This document shows positions 18,994-28,279 of a stretch of DNA of 64,000 nucleotides, piece after piece. The notes beneath the pieces were generated by a model. It saw nothing but the letters and a program-made list of their open reading frames with translations. It ran no database searches and was not told the DNA's origin. This DNA comes from Bacteroidales bacterium (lineage in GTDB: Bacteria; Bacteroidota; Bacteroidia; Bacteroidales; DTGW01). The stretch is from positions 18,850 through 82,849 of the forward strand of contig JAOAFU010000058.1 of assembly GCA_026416115.1 (NCBI GenBank), read 5' to 3'. Each line of letters begins with the position of its first letter. The first letter of the stretch is position 1. The translations under genes were made by a program, and so were the position numbers.

Positions 18994-19524
18994 ATGAACG
19001 TAGGAAGCAATGCCCATAATGCTGAGGTTCTAACATGGTTCAAAGAAATATTTGACACCTACTACGATAGTATTCGCAACTACGCATGGTACAAAACAGG
19101 TAGCACTGCCCTTGCCGACGATATTGTTCAAGAAGTCTTTTTAAAATTATGGCAGATGCGGAGCAAGATTGAACCAGCCACGATAAAGCCTCTGCTTTAT
19201 ACAATTGCTACAAACCTTATCAAAAGTCACTACCGACATTTGAAGGTAGTTTATCGATTCGAAAGAAGAAGCAAAGAAGAGGATATAGGTATTATTCTAA
19301 ACTCAGCCGACGAAGCGTTAAGAATTGAAGAATTTCAGTCTCAGCTCGAAACACTTCTCTCGCAAATGCCTGCTGGAGCCAGAGAAACACTACTTATGAG
19401 TCGTCTCGAAAATTTGACTTACGAAGAAATAGCAAAACGTCTAGGCATAAGTATTAAGGCTGTTGAGAAACGTATGAGCATAGCATTGAAATTTTTGCGC
19501 GATAAAATTGACTATAAAATATGA
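18994..19524 (+). CDS. ECF-type RNA polymerase sigma-70 factor
   Basis: A region 2 pattern (ADDIVQEVFLKLW) and a region 4 HTH (LTYEEIAKRLGISIKAVEKRMSIALKFLR) are present. I placed the start at ATG 18994 rather than the track's TTG at 18970. A 4-nt overlap links it to the downstream FecR gene. Confidence 0.85.
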   Translation: MNVGSNAHNAEVLTWFKEIFDTYYDSIRNYAWYKTGSTALADDIVQEVFLKLWQMRSKIEPATIKPLLYTIATNLIKSHYRHLKVVYRFERRSKEEDIGIILNSADEALRIEEFQSQLETLLSQMPAGARETLLMSRLENLTYEEIAKRLGISIKAVEKRMSIALKFLRDKIDYKI

Positions 19525-20405
19525 ACGGGAACACGAATAAACAAAATAAAGCTGAAACTGATTTTTCGGCACTAGTCGATATGGTGCTGGACTCGGTTCG
19601 TGTCCCTTCTTCTTCACGCAGTAAAGAAGAAGCTTGGTTGCTTCTTGTTCAGAACATATCAAAACAATCTAATGAAATTGAAGAAAAAAAATCGAAAAAC
19701 CTGGGGTGGAAAATAAGTGTAGTTGCAGCATCAATATTACTAATCTTGACTTTTTCATACTTAAAATATTCTACAGTCTCTTTAAACACTTCACGTGGTC
19801 AATTTTTATCCTATTCATTACCCGATGGTTCAGAGGTTTTACTAAACGCTTGCTCCAAAATCAATTTCTCTCGCTACTGGTTTCTTAACCCTAGGGAAAT
19901 TATACTTGAAGGTGAAGCATTTTTCAGAGTGAAGAAAGGTAAAACTTTTATCGTAAAAGGACATGCGGGACATCGAGTTGAAGTTGTAGGAACTCAGTTC
20001 AATGTAAACTCGCGCGACAGTATTTTCAGTGTAACCTGTTTTGAAGGAACTGTAAAAGTAACTCATCGGTTAGGGAAATCTATTATGCTCATTAAAGGTG
20101 AAACTTCTACTATTAAAGGAACTGAATTTACATTTAAAAAATTAAATCAGATATCTAGTATACCTGCCTGGACTAATGGAGAATTTTATTTCGAATCTAT
20201 TCCCCTTCGAGATGTTTTTGATGAGCTAATGCGCCAATATAATATTAGCATCATTTCTCGTAATTTTAACCCTTCCGAACGATTTTATACAGGCTACTTT
20301 ACCAATAAAAACCTAAGGCAAGCGCTCGACTGGATTACAATGCCCATGAGTCTTCAATACTCATTTATTAACGACACTACCATACAGATTTTCCCTGCGG
20401 AATAA
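19521..20405 (+). CDS. FecR-family anti-sigma factor / transmembrane sensor
   Basis: 294 aa with one TM (WKISVVAASILLILTF). The FecR core is LPDGSEVLLNACSKINF...EGEAFFRV...VEVVGTQFNV. Confidence 0.85.
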   Translation: MNGNTNKQNKAETDFSALVDMVLDSVRVPSSSRSKEEAWLLLVQNISKQSNEIEEKKSKNLGWKISVVAASILLILTFSYLKYSTVSLNTSRGQFLSYSLPDGSEVLLNACSKINFSRYWFLNPREIILEGEAFFRVKKGKTFIVKGHAGHRVEVVGTQFNVNSRDSIFSVTCFEGTVKVTHRLGKSIMLIKGETSTIKGTEFTFKKLNQISSIPAWTNGEFYFESIPLRDVFDELMRQYNISIISRNFNPSERFYTGYFTNKNLRQALDWITMPMSLQYSFINDTTIQIFPAE

Positions 20406-20416
20406 TACTGCCGGTC

Positions 20417-23032
20417 ATGAATAATACTTGTCGAAAGATATTACCAATCTGGCTTATTTTAATCATCCCCCTTTTAACCCTTCATGCACAGGTAAAAATT
20501 AATGAAAAATTCGACCACGTCCTTCTTGAAGATGTCCTTAAAAAAATCAATCAAAAGTATGGCATTAAGTTCGCTTTCGACGACCAGTTAGTTCAAAACG
20601 TATATATTACTGTTAACATAAAATCCGAACCACTACCCAAAGCTCTTGAAAAAATATTGTCTGAAACAAATTTGGAAGCAATCCCAGTCAATGAGGTTTG
20701 GATCCTCAGAAAACGCACTTTTCAAAAGGATAAACGAATAGGACGAAACCGGATGGCTTTAGTTAACGATAAACTGTCGGGCGAATCGGTTCCTTATGCT
20801 CGTATTTCTATCGATAATAAGCCTATTACTACAGATAACAGGGGAATTTTCGTCTTACCTCCGTTACTTAAGGATACCGTAACAATTAGGGTTACTTCTC
20901 CAGGATACAACACACAGACGTTAATAGTAGCTCGAACCGATTTACAAAATCAGTATGTTATTGTAGAACTCAGCCCCGAGACGTTTTTTGATTCCATCAC
21001 GCTATCTACTATATATGAAGTTGGAGATAAAATGGGTGAAATCATTGTTAATGCAAGAAATGTAAATTGGTTACCTCAGCTTCATACACTCGACGCTCTT
21101 GCTCCGCTATTGCTCGTACCGGGCATTGATGCAACTTTCGAAAACACCGATCGTCTTATTGTACGTCATCAAGGCTCGGACAAAAATTTAATTACCCTCG
21201 ATGGATTTAATATCTACCAAACCGAGCACTTCTTTGGGGCAATCTCCGCATTTAACATCAACGCTGTTAAAGATATTCGCATACGACGTGGTGGATTAGA
21301 TATTTCACAAGGAGGGCGGACTTCATCGATGATTGAACTTACCGGAAAAACTGGAAATAATAAAAGGACATCGGCTTCGGCTGGTGCAGATATGCTACTA
21401 GCACATGCAACTTTGGAAGGACCAGTTGGTAAGGATTTTACCTATTTTATCTCAGCTCGACATTCGCTTACAAATTATTACCTATCGCCTTTGTATTTTC
21501 AATTACTGAAAAATATTCTTTCCGAAGATATATCATTTCGCCAAAAATTGACTGTATTCGCAACAGATACCGCTCCATCCTCTCTACAATTTTACGACAT
21601 AAATGCTAAAATATCTTTCCATCCGTCAAAATTCGATCTCATTACATTAAGTGGCTACCTTTCGAACGATTTGCTTGATTTTAAACTTAATGGCGTAAAT
21701 AAACACATTACAGAAAATGCTACATGGGGAAATAAGGGTATAGGTTGGCAATGGTCGCGACAATGGAACGAAGTAGTAAGTCATCGATTTAGTATTGGAT
21801 ATTCTTCGTATAATCTCGAATATTTTCATCACGACACTACCCTTCGTCGCAGATTTAGACAGCGCGATACTATTTTAAAAAACTACGATATCGAGAATCA
21901 ATTACGTGATATAAACCTTAACTTTTCTTCAACTTTGAAAATATCCGAACATCACACAATTGAAAGTGGCTTTAATTACAACAAAATCGACATTAATACC
22001 AACGAATCGTACTTGCAAACCAATAATCAGCTTAACATTATAGATACATCCAGGATTTATCAATTTAATCCGGCTATAAGCTCGGCTTGGATACAGTATA
22101 CAGCAAGCTACGGCATACTACGTGCTTTAAGTTTTGCTTTTCGAGCCGAATATCCCTCTATTGTCGGTAAAGTATACTTAAATCCAAGATTCGAAGGATA
22201 TTTAAATCTATCCCCTTCATTAACTTTAAAAGCTTCGGCAGGTACCTACCGTCAGTATGTATCTAAAATCCTACAGGTGGGCAGTAGCTATCGAAACTTA
22301 TGGATTGCTGCCGATGGAAAAAATTTTCCGGTTATCAGATCCGACAAAGCTTCGGCAGGAATTACCTGGCGCAATAACCAAAATTACTACTTCGATCTCG
22401 AGGCTTACTTGCAAAAAACATCAGGTATAGTATACATGCAAAGAAATATTCGACGAACAAGTAACCAATTAAAGGCAAGCTACAAAATCTATCAGCTCGT
22501 TAACCATTCGTCTGGTATAGACATAATGGCTGGAAAAAAGTGGAATTTTCTCGAAACATGGGTTTCCTATAACTTTAGTCAATCAACAAATCAATCCGAT
22601 CTTTTGAATAACGGAAAACCCTATCCATCAATCGACGATCACCTGCACGAGCTTAAAATTGGAACCGTATATTGGTGGAGAAAATGGTCGCTTGCAGCAA
22701 CGTGGATATACGGTTCGGCAAGGCCATGGGACGAAATTAAGTTTACTTCCTCATTACAACTTAGTCCCGACTATAATAAAAATGCTTCCCGACTACCCTC
22801 CTATCATCGCCTCGACGCTTCACTAGGTTATTCGATTCACATTAAAAAATCGAAACTCGATTGTGGCATAAAAGTCTTTAATTTGTACAATCAAACTAAT
22901 ATACTATCACGAATTTTTACCCTCACCGAAACTCCTCTGCTAGACTATATACAGGGTAAACCCTTTTACACTTATCAGGAGAATCAAGGAATGAGCCTCG
23001 CATTTAATCTATACGTTAATTGGTCGTTTTAA
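20417..23032 (+). CDS. TonB-dependent receptor with an N-terminal STN signalling domain (FecA-like transducer); no SusD partner
   Basis: 871 aa. The STN-like N-terminus is LEDVLKKINQKYGIKFAFDDQL...LEKILSETNLEA. A CarboxypepD_reg-like segment and plug motifs (LVPGID, ITLDGFNIYQ) follow. The protein ends with the terminal aromatic YVNWSF. Confidence 0.8.
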   Translation: MNNTCRKILPIWLILIIPLLTLHAQVKINEKFDHVLLEDVLKKINQKYGIKFAFDDQLVQNVYITVNIKSEPLPKALEKILSETNLEAIPVNEVWILRKRTFQKDKRIGRNRMALVNDKLSGESVPYARISIDNKPITTDNRGIFVLPPLLKDTVTIRVTSPGYNTQTLIVARTDLQNQYVIVELSPETFFDSITLSTIYEVGDKMGEIIVNARNVNWLPQLHTLDALAPLLLVPGIDATFENTDRLIVRHQGSDKNLITLDGFNIYQTEHFFGAISAFNINAVKDIRIRRGGLDISQGGRTSSMIELTGKTGNNKRTSASAGADMLLAHATLEGPVGKDFTYFISARHSLTNYYLSPLYFQLLKNILSEDISFRQKLTVFATDTAPSSLQFYDINAKISFHPSKFDLITLSGYLSNDLLDFKLNGVNKHITENATWGNKGIGWQWSRQWNEVVSHRFSIGYSSYNLEYFHHDTTLRRRFRQRDTILKNYDIENQLRDINLNFSSTLKISEHHTIESGFNYNKIDINTNESYLQTNNQLNIIDTSRIYQFNPAISSAWIQYTASYGILRALSFAFRAEYPSIVGKVYLNPRFEGYLNLSPSLTLKASAGTYRQYVSKILQVGSSYRNLWIAADGKNFPVIRSDKASAGITWRNNQNYYFDLEAYLQKTSGIVYMQRNIRRTSNQLKASYKIYQLVNHSSGIDIMAGKKWNFLETWVSYNFSQSTNQSDLLNNGKPYPSIDDHLHELKIGTVYWWRKWSLAATWIYGSARPWDEIKFTSSLQLSPDYNKNASRLPSYHRLDASLGYSIHIKKSKLDCGIKVFNLYNQTNILSRIFTLTETPLLDYIQGKPFYTYQENQGMSLAFNLYVNWSF

Positions 23033-23190
23033 TTTGTTTTAAAACAAAAGCATGACTGTTGATCAAGATTTATCTCTCGAGCAAGGATACCACCTTCAAA
23101 GGATATTTACTATACACTCTTAGTAAAACGAGTCTCAACACCTATCATAGGTAAAAATACGTAGGTAAAAATTCTAAGTTAAGAAAAGCA

Positions 23191-23217
23191 TTATTACCCA
23201 GACAAAACGGGTAATAA
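23191..23217. promoter_or_regulatory. Perfect 9-bp inverted repeat (TTATTACCC-N9-GGGTAATAA) upstream of the Hdr-like operon
   Basis: Read directly from the sequence. It lies 54 nt upstream of the first ATG (23271) and about 30 nt upstream of the candidate -7 box. Confidence 0.4.
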
Positions 23218-23245
23218 GTGGGTTTTAACAAAACAGATAAAGGTC

Positions 23246-23253
23246 TATTTTTG
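23246..23253 (+). promoter_or_regulatory. Candidate -7 promoter box TATTTTTG for the Hdr-like operon
   Basis: Matches TAnnTTTG and ends 17 nt before ATG 23271. Confidence 0.35.
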
Positions 23254-23270
23254 ATAAAAATAACCAATAA

Positions 23271-23981
23271 ATGGGCAATCTGGCGGATCGGCTTAAAGCG
23301 GATCTACACTATCGCGAAGGAATGCGTGCATGTATTAACTGTGGCACTTGCACAGCAATATGTCCAGCTGCCGAGCACTACGATTACGACCCACGTAGCA
23401 TTGTTGAGCTGGTTCAACGTGGCGACGAAGAGGAGCTTGAAACCCTTCTTAAAAGCGATGCTATATGGTACTGTGGCGAATGTATGAGCTGCCGCACTCG
23501 TTGTCCTCGAAATAACACGCCTGGACTAATTATTATGGCTTTACGAGCTCTGGCGCAGGAAACAGGATTTTTTACCGAATCGGAAAAAGGGCGCCAACAA
23601 ATATACCTTAAGCGTACTATAGGACACGATATCTTAAAAACAGGCTATTGCGTGTATGCCGAAGGTTTGGGTACCGACACCCATCCCGAGCAAGGCCCCA
23701 TATGGGACTGGCGACAAAATAACTGGAAAGCTATCATGGAGCGTTTAGGAGCAAATTATCAGAAACCCGGACCTGGAGCGATGCGCCAAATACCCGAAGA
23801 AGCTCTTAACGAATTACACAAAATATTTGAAGTTACTGGAGCTTTCGAACGCTTCGAAAAAATCGAACAATTCTCCGAGAAAAAAGCCAAACAACTCGGT
23901 CTTCAATGGGACGATTCGCTTAATAATGAATACATTAAGCAACTATACAATGGAAACTCAAACGAAAATTCTAATAACTGA
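23271..23981 (+). CDS. HdrC-like 4Fe-4S dicluster protein
   Basis: 236 aa with two ferredoxin-type motifs, CINCGTCTAICP and CGECMSCRTRCP, in the spacing typical of heterodisulfide reductase subunit C. Confidence 0.75.
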   Translation: MGNLADRLKADLHYREGMRACINCGTCTAICPAAEHYDYDPRSIVELVQRGDEEELETLLKSDAIWYCGECMSCRTRCPRNNTPGLIIMALRALAQETGFFTESEKGRQQIYLKRTIGHDILKTGYCVYAEGLGTDTHPEQGPIWDWRQNNWKAIMERLGANYQKPGPGAMRQIPEEALNELHKIFEVTGAFERFEKIEQFSEKKAKQLGLQWDDSLNNEYIKQLYNGNSNENSNN

Positions 23982-23983
23982 CC

Positions 23984-25054
23984 ATGAAAAACAGGGGGAA
24001 ACAGCTCATATGGCAAAATTATCAGAAAGATATAGCTGACGATCATTTTTTTTACGTTCGAAGTTGTATACGTCAAAATTTTTTCCCCGGCGCCGAAACA
24101 ACCTTCCTACGCATTCTGAAAGATGTATTAAATAAGGATGTGTACGACGATCCTTCACATACCACCTGCACCGGTATTGGCTATCATACCGATATAGTGC
24201 CATTAGAAACTACCATGACAGTTGTTGCACGTCAGTTTGCCCTGATGACCGAAAAAGGTTATAAAAATTTTATCCCCTCGTGTGTTACCTCATTTGGCCT
24301 TTATCTCGAAATACTCGAAACCTGGCATAATTATCCCGAAGTACTCGAAAAAACGCGCAGTAACCTGATGCTGGCTACAGGACGTTCGTTCGTACTACCC
24401 GAAAATATAGTGCACGCCAGCGATGTTATTTATAAGTTCAGATCCGAAATAGCTAAAAAAGCTAAATACAGGCTTGTTAATATCCATACAGGAAAGCCCC
24501 TGAAGGTTGTTGAACATATTGGCTGCCATTACGCTAAAATGTTCCCCGACAAATCTGTCGGAGGTGCCGAATTTCCCCGCGTACTATCGGGAATTATTGA
24601 AGAATGGGGAGGCGAGGTTATCGATTATCCCGAACGTCGACATTGCTGCGGTTTCGGCTTCAGACAATACTTTATAAAGGCTAACAGAGGTTATACTTTT
24701 TCGAGCGTGAAAAAAAAATTCGATTCAATGTCACCTTACGAACCCGACCTAATTGTTACTAACTGCCCGGGTTGTAATGTCTTTCTCGACAAAGGCCAAT
24801 ACGTTATCAGCGAACAGGAAGGAATAGTTTACAGCCGCGATGGATATGGTATTCCTGTTCTTACATTCGAGGAGCTCACAGGTGTTGTGCTTGGTTTCGA
24901 TCCCTGGGATATTGGCCTTCAGGTTCATCAGGTAAGCGTCGAACCTTTACTCGACAAAATAGGGGTTAAATACGATATCCAAAAAAAATATACCGATAAA
25001 AATAATAGACTATTGGGTAAACCAGTTAAACCAACCTTATTAAAAACATTATAG
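23984..25054 (+). CDS. HdrB-like CCG-domain protein
   Basis: 356 aa with cysteine-rich CCG-type motifs (HTTCTGIGY, IPSCVTSFG, RRHCCGFGF, TNCPGCNVF). It starts 2 nt after the HdrC-like stop. Confidence 0.75.
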   Translation: MKNRGKQLIWQNYQKDIADDHFFYVRSCIRQNFFPGAETTFLRILKDVLNKDVYDDPSHTTCTGIGYHTDIVPLETTMTVVARQFALMTEKGYKNFIPSCVTSFGLYLEILETWHNYPEVLEKTRSNLMLATGRSFVLPENIVHASDVIYKFRSEIAKKAKYRLVNIHTGKPLKVVEHIGCHYAKMFPDKSVGGAEFPRVLSGIIEEWGGEVIDYPERRHCCGFGFRQYFIKANRGYTFSSVKKKFDSMSPYEPDLIVTNCPGCNVFLDKGQYVISEQEGIVYSRDGYGIPVLTFEELTGVVLGFDPWDIGLQVHQVSVEPLLDKIGVKYDIQKKYTDKNNRLLGKPVKPTLLKTL

Positions 25055-25060
25055 AAAATT

Positions 25061-26080
25061 ATGCCACGAATAGCTGTTATAGGTGGAGGTGTAGCGGGAA
25101 TGGAAGTAGCCTTCCGACTCTCCCAACTGAGCTTCGAGGTCGATATAATCGAAAAGTCATTTATTTTGGGGGGACATGTGCACAAGTGGCAAAAGCTTTT
25201 CCCCGATTTCACCCCTGCGCATCAAATTGTTGACCAGCTTAAAAATCAGTTGCGAGATAAAGTCAATATTCTGTTCGGAAACGAAGTAATAAAGGCCGAA
25301 CAAGAAAATACCAAGCATATCCTATACCTTTCCGACGGTACAACTCAAGTTTACGACGCCATTGTTATAACTACGGGCTTTAAGCTTTTTAATGCGAATC
25401 GAAAAGAAGAATACGGATATTCGGTATATCCAAATGTAATAACCTCGTCGGAACTGGAGGAATATTTTCAAAATGATAAACCAATTATAACAAAAGAAAA
25501 CAGAATAGTCGAAAGGATAGCTTTTATTCACTGTGTAGGATCGCGCGATGAAAAGGTAGGTAATCGACACTGTTCAAAAGTTTGCTGTATAACTGCTGTA
25601 AAACAGGCCATCGAGGTAGCGCAACGCAATCCCGATGCTGAAATTTACCTGTTTTATATGGATTTGCGTATGTTTGACCGAAAATTTGAAGATTTATACC
25701 TTCAAGCTCAAACCGAATATGGAATTAAATTCGTAAGAGGACGTTTATCGGAGGTTTCGGAAAAAGCGGACTCGCGCTTATTTCTTAAGCTCGAAGACAC
25801 CCTCCTGGGTAAGCCCCTTCGATTAACCGTCGATCTTGTAGTACTAATGGTTGGCATGGAAACAGCAGAAAACTCCATCCAATTAGCAAACGCTTTAGGT
25901 ATCCCAGTTGGGCAGGATAATTTTATGCTACCTGTAAATTGCCATTCGCAAAAAAATATCACCGGCAATCGAGGCATTTTTGTAGCTGGTTGCGCCAGTG
26001 GACCAAAGTCGATCGGAGAAACATTAGCCGATGCGCGATCGGCTGCTCTCGAGGTATATAGTTATTTAAATTGTAATTGA
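25061..26080 (+). CDS. HdrA-like FAD oxidoreductase (short form lacking ferredoxin domains)
   Basis: 339 aa. The dinucleotide fold is IAVIGGGVAGMEVA. CVGSRDEKVGNRHCSKVCC fits the HdrA/QmoA CxGxRDx(6-8)CSxxCC signature. Confidence 0.75.
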   Translation: MPRIAVIGGGVAGMEVAFRLSQLSFEVDIIEKSFILGGHVHKWQKLFPDFTPAHQIVDQLKNQLRDKVNILFGNEVIKAEQENTKHILYLSDGTTQVYDAIVITTGFKLFNANRKEEYGYSVYPNVITSSELEEYFQNDKPIITKENRIVERIAFIHCVGSRDEKVGNRHCSKVCCITAVKQAIEVAQRNPDAEIYLFYMDLRMFDRKFEDLYLQAQTEYGIKFVRGRLSEVSEKADSRLFLKLEDTLLGKPLRLTVDLVVLMVGMETAENSIQLANALGIPVGQDNFMLPVNCHSQKNITGNRGIFVAGCASGPKSIGETLADARSAALEVYSYLNCN

Positions 26081-26086
26081 TAAAAC

Positions 26087-26422
26087 ATGCCAAACTTTGG
26101 TTTTTCGATACATAGCCCAACACATATCGATCTCGATAAAAATTATCGAACCATATTCAATTATGTTAAGGTTAAAGAACCTTCCATTCAAAAATGTATT
26201 TTTTGTGGATCTTGCTCTGCAACCTGTACAGCTTCGAACTATTCGGCTATGAGTTTGCGAAAAGTCAATTTACTCCTCCATAGAGGAATGGTTCAAGAGG
26301 TTAGAAGCTTAACTGAACAATGCTTGCTCTGTGGCAAATGTTATCTTGTTTGTCCACGCAATGTGAATACGCGCAGAATTATCCTGCTGATTCATGAAGC
26401 TCTTAAAATGCCGTTATCATGA
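26087..26422 (+). CDS. Small 4Fe-4S dicluster ferredoxin-like protein
   Basis: 111 aa with CIFCGSCSATC and CLLCGKCYLVCP. Confidence 0.7.
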   Translation: MPNFGFSIHSPTHIDLDKNYRTIFNYVKVKEPSIQKCIFCGSCSATCTASNYSAMSLRKVNLLLHRGMVQEVRSLTEQCLLCGKCYLVCPRNVNTRRIILLIHEALKMPLS

Positions 26423-28230
26423 AGTTCGACTGGTTTGTTTTACCTTTTCTTAGTGGCCTTTCATTTGTTACCGTATACACCTCTGTAAAGTTTTACAGGT
26501 GGATAAATAAGCTTTCGAGAGGTGAAAAAGCTCTGTTAAAAAAATATATCTTTAGTCGCTCAATCTGGACTTCTATCAAAGAGATATTTTCTGAATCCTT
26601 GTTTCATCTTAAAATATTTAAAACCCACCCTCTTTTAGGATATATGCACGCAAGCCTCGCTTTTGGATGGTTTTTGCTTATTGTCCTCGGAAATATAGAG
26701 GTAAAATTTTACTCAGAGTACTCGATCAACCCTCCCTACGTTCCGATATTTTTAAATTTTTTTGAACCAACAACAGCCCCCAATTTTTTTGGCCGTGGGT
26801 TTCGTTTTATTATGGATTTTCTCCTGCTAATAATTTTAAGTGGAGTGGCATTAGCTTTTTTCAAACGCTTTGTGCCCTCGAAATTTGGCATGAAACAAAA
26901 CATGCGACACCGTTGGTTCGACCGAATAGCCATATTTTCGCTTTGGTTTATATTTCCAGCTCGCCTTGTGGCCGAGAGTTTATCCGCTTCTATATACCAC
27001 AACGGAAGCTTTTTAACTAATACACTGGGCAAAATGATGTCCTTCCTTCCTGCCGAAACTTTACTTTACCCATCGTGGTGGGCTTATTCTATAATTTTGG
27101 GTATTTTCTTTTTTGCATTACCGTTTTCGCGATACATGCACATTCCAACAGAAGTATTGCTTATACTTATGCGTAACGCAGGCATACGTTCAAGGTATTT
27201 TTCACATCCTTACCAAGAAGTAGAAACTGAAGCCTGCTCGAGGTGTGGTATTTGCATCGACTCGTGCCAGCTTACATCAATTGGTTACGCAATTCAACCC
27301 TCATATTATCTCCGAACGATTCGCTACAACGAATTACACCGCGAAATTACAGACAACTGTTTATTGTGCGGTCGATGTGTCGAAGCTTGCCCGGTAGGTA
27401 TTTTTTCAACCGACATCCGCAGACACGAACGTACCCTTCAACACGAAATGCGAACGGTTAAATTCAAGTTTAATCAAAATAAATTTTCAAACACTTATAC
27501 CGAAGTACTTTACTTTGCTGGGTGCATGACACATCTCACCCCTGGAATTAAAAAGGCAATGACCACTATTCTCGAACACTCAGGTTATTCGTGGCAAATA
27601 CTCGACGAGGATGAGAATATCTGCTGTGGTCGCCCTCTGCTCCTGGCTGGACAAATATCGGCCGCTAACCAGGTGATTATACATACCCGAACCCAGATCG
27701 AGAAAACCAGAGCCAAAATTTTGGTAACCTCTTGCCCTATATGCTACAAAACATTTAAAGAAAATTACCGACTCAACATGCTTATTATGCATCATAGCCA
27801 GTTTATTGATCATCTATATACCCACAATAGAATCGCTACCCAATATCGCAATGTAAATGTAAAGTATCACGATCCTTGCGAACTTGGTCGGGGAGCAAAT
27901 ATTTATGTTGAACCAAGAAGGGTAATAGAACAAATAGCCAACTTACTCCCTTCGTCAAGCGAGAAAAATAAAGCACCATGCTGTGGAGGAAGTTTGGGTA
28001 ACACTATGTTGCAAGCCGAAGAAAAAAAACTAATCGCTAAAAGAGCCTTATCAGAGATGAACCTAACTTCGGCCGACTTACTGGTAACAGCGTGTCCTTT
28101 ATGCCTTAAAACCTTTTCGGCAGTTTCTTCGGTATCGGTTAAAGACCTTTCTCAACTAGTAGCCGAAAATATATGCGAAAAAATACCCAATAACGCTCAA
28201 AAAATACACAAGGCCGTAGAAACCCTTTGA
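26419..28230 (+). CDS. Membrane-anchored Fe-S oxidoreductase: NarI/HdrE/DsrM-like TM domain fused to an HdrD/DsrK-like 4Fe-4S + double CCG domain
   Basis: 603 aa with about 5 N-terminal TM helices carrying His in YMHASLAFGW and RYMHIP. The Fe-S motifs CSRCGICIDSC and CLLCGRCVEACP follow. Two CCG modules come next (NICCGRPL/TSCPICYKTF and APCCGGSLG/TACPLCLKTF). A 4-nt ATGA overlap joins it to the upstream ORF. Confidence 0.75.
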   Translation: MKFDWFVLPFLSGLSFVTVYTSVKFYRWINKLSRGEKALLKKYIFSRSIWTSIKEIFSESLFHLKIFKTHPLLGYMHASLAFGWFLLIVLGNIEVKFYSEYSINPPYVPIFLNFFEPTTAPNFFGRGFRFIMDFLLLIILSGVALAFFKRFVPSKFGMKQNMRHRWFDRIAIFSLWFIFPARLVAESLSASIYHNGSFLTNTLGKMMSFLPAETLLYPSWWAYSIILGIFFFALPFSRYMHIPTEVLLILMRNAGIRSRYFSHPYQEVETEACSRCGICIDSCQLTSIGYAIQPSYYLRTIRYNELHREITDNCLLCGRCVEACPVGIFSTDIRRHERTLQHEMRTVKFKFNQNKFSNTYTEVLYFAGCMTHLTPGIKKAMTTILEHSGYSWQILDEDENICCGRPLLLAGQISAANQVIIHTRTQIEKTRAKILVTSCPICYKTFKENYRLNMLIMHHSQFIDHLYTHNRIATQYRNVNVKYHDPCELGRGANIYVEPRRVIEQIANLLPSSSEKNKAPCCGGSLGNTMLQAEEKKLIAKRALSEMNLTSADLLVTACPLCLKTFSAVSSVSVKDLSQLVAENICEKIPNNAQKIHKAVETL

Positions 28231-28279
28231 AGCTATAAATAATTTTTTCGAAGTACTTTTGCCTTGAAAATCAAAAAAC

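Noticed and set aside
23033-23048. 16-bp perfect palindrome TTTGTTTTAAAACAAA right after the TonB-receptor stop, considered as a terminator
   Set aside because: The stem would be entirely A/T, with no GC clamp and no loop, so a stable terminator hairpin is unlikely. It is mentioned only as context.
23218-23487. 89-aa ORF overlapping the start of the HdrC-like gene in another frame
   Set aside because: The alternative frame (23271-23981) carries the conserved Cys motifs. This ORF has no recognisable features and begins upstream of the candidate promoter box.
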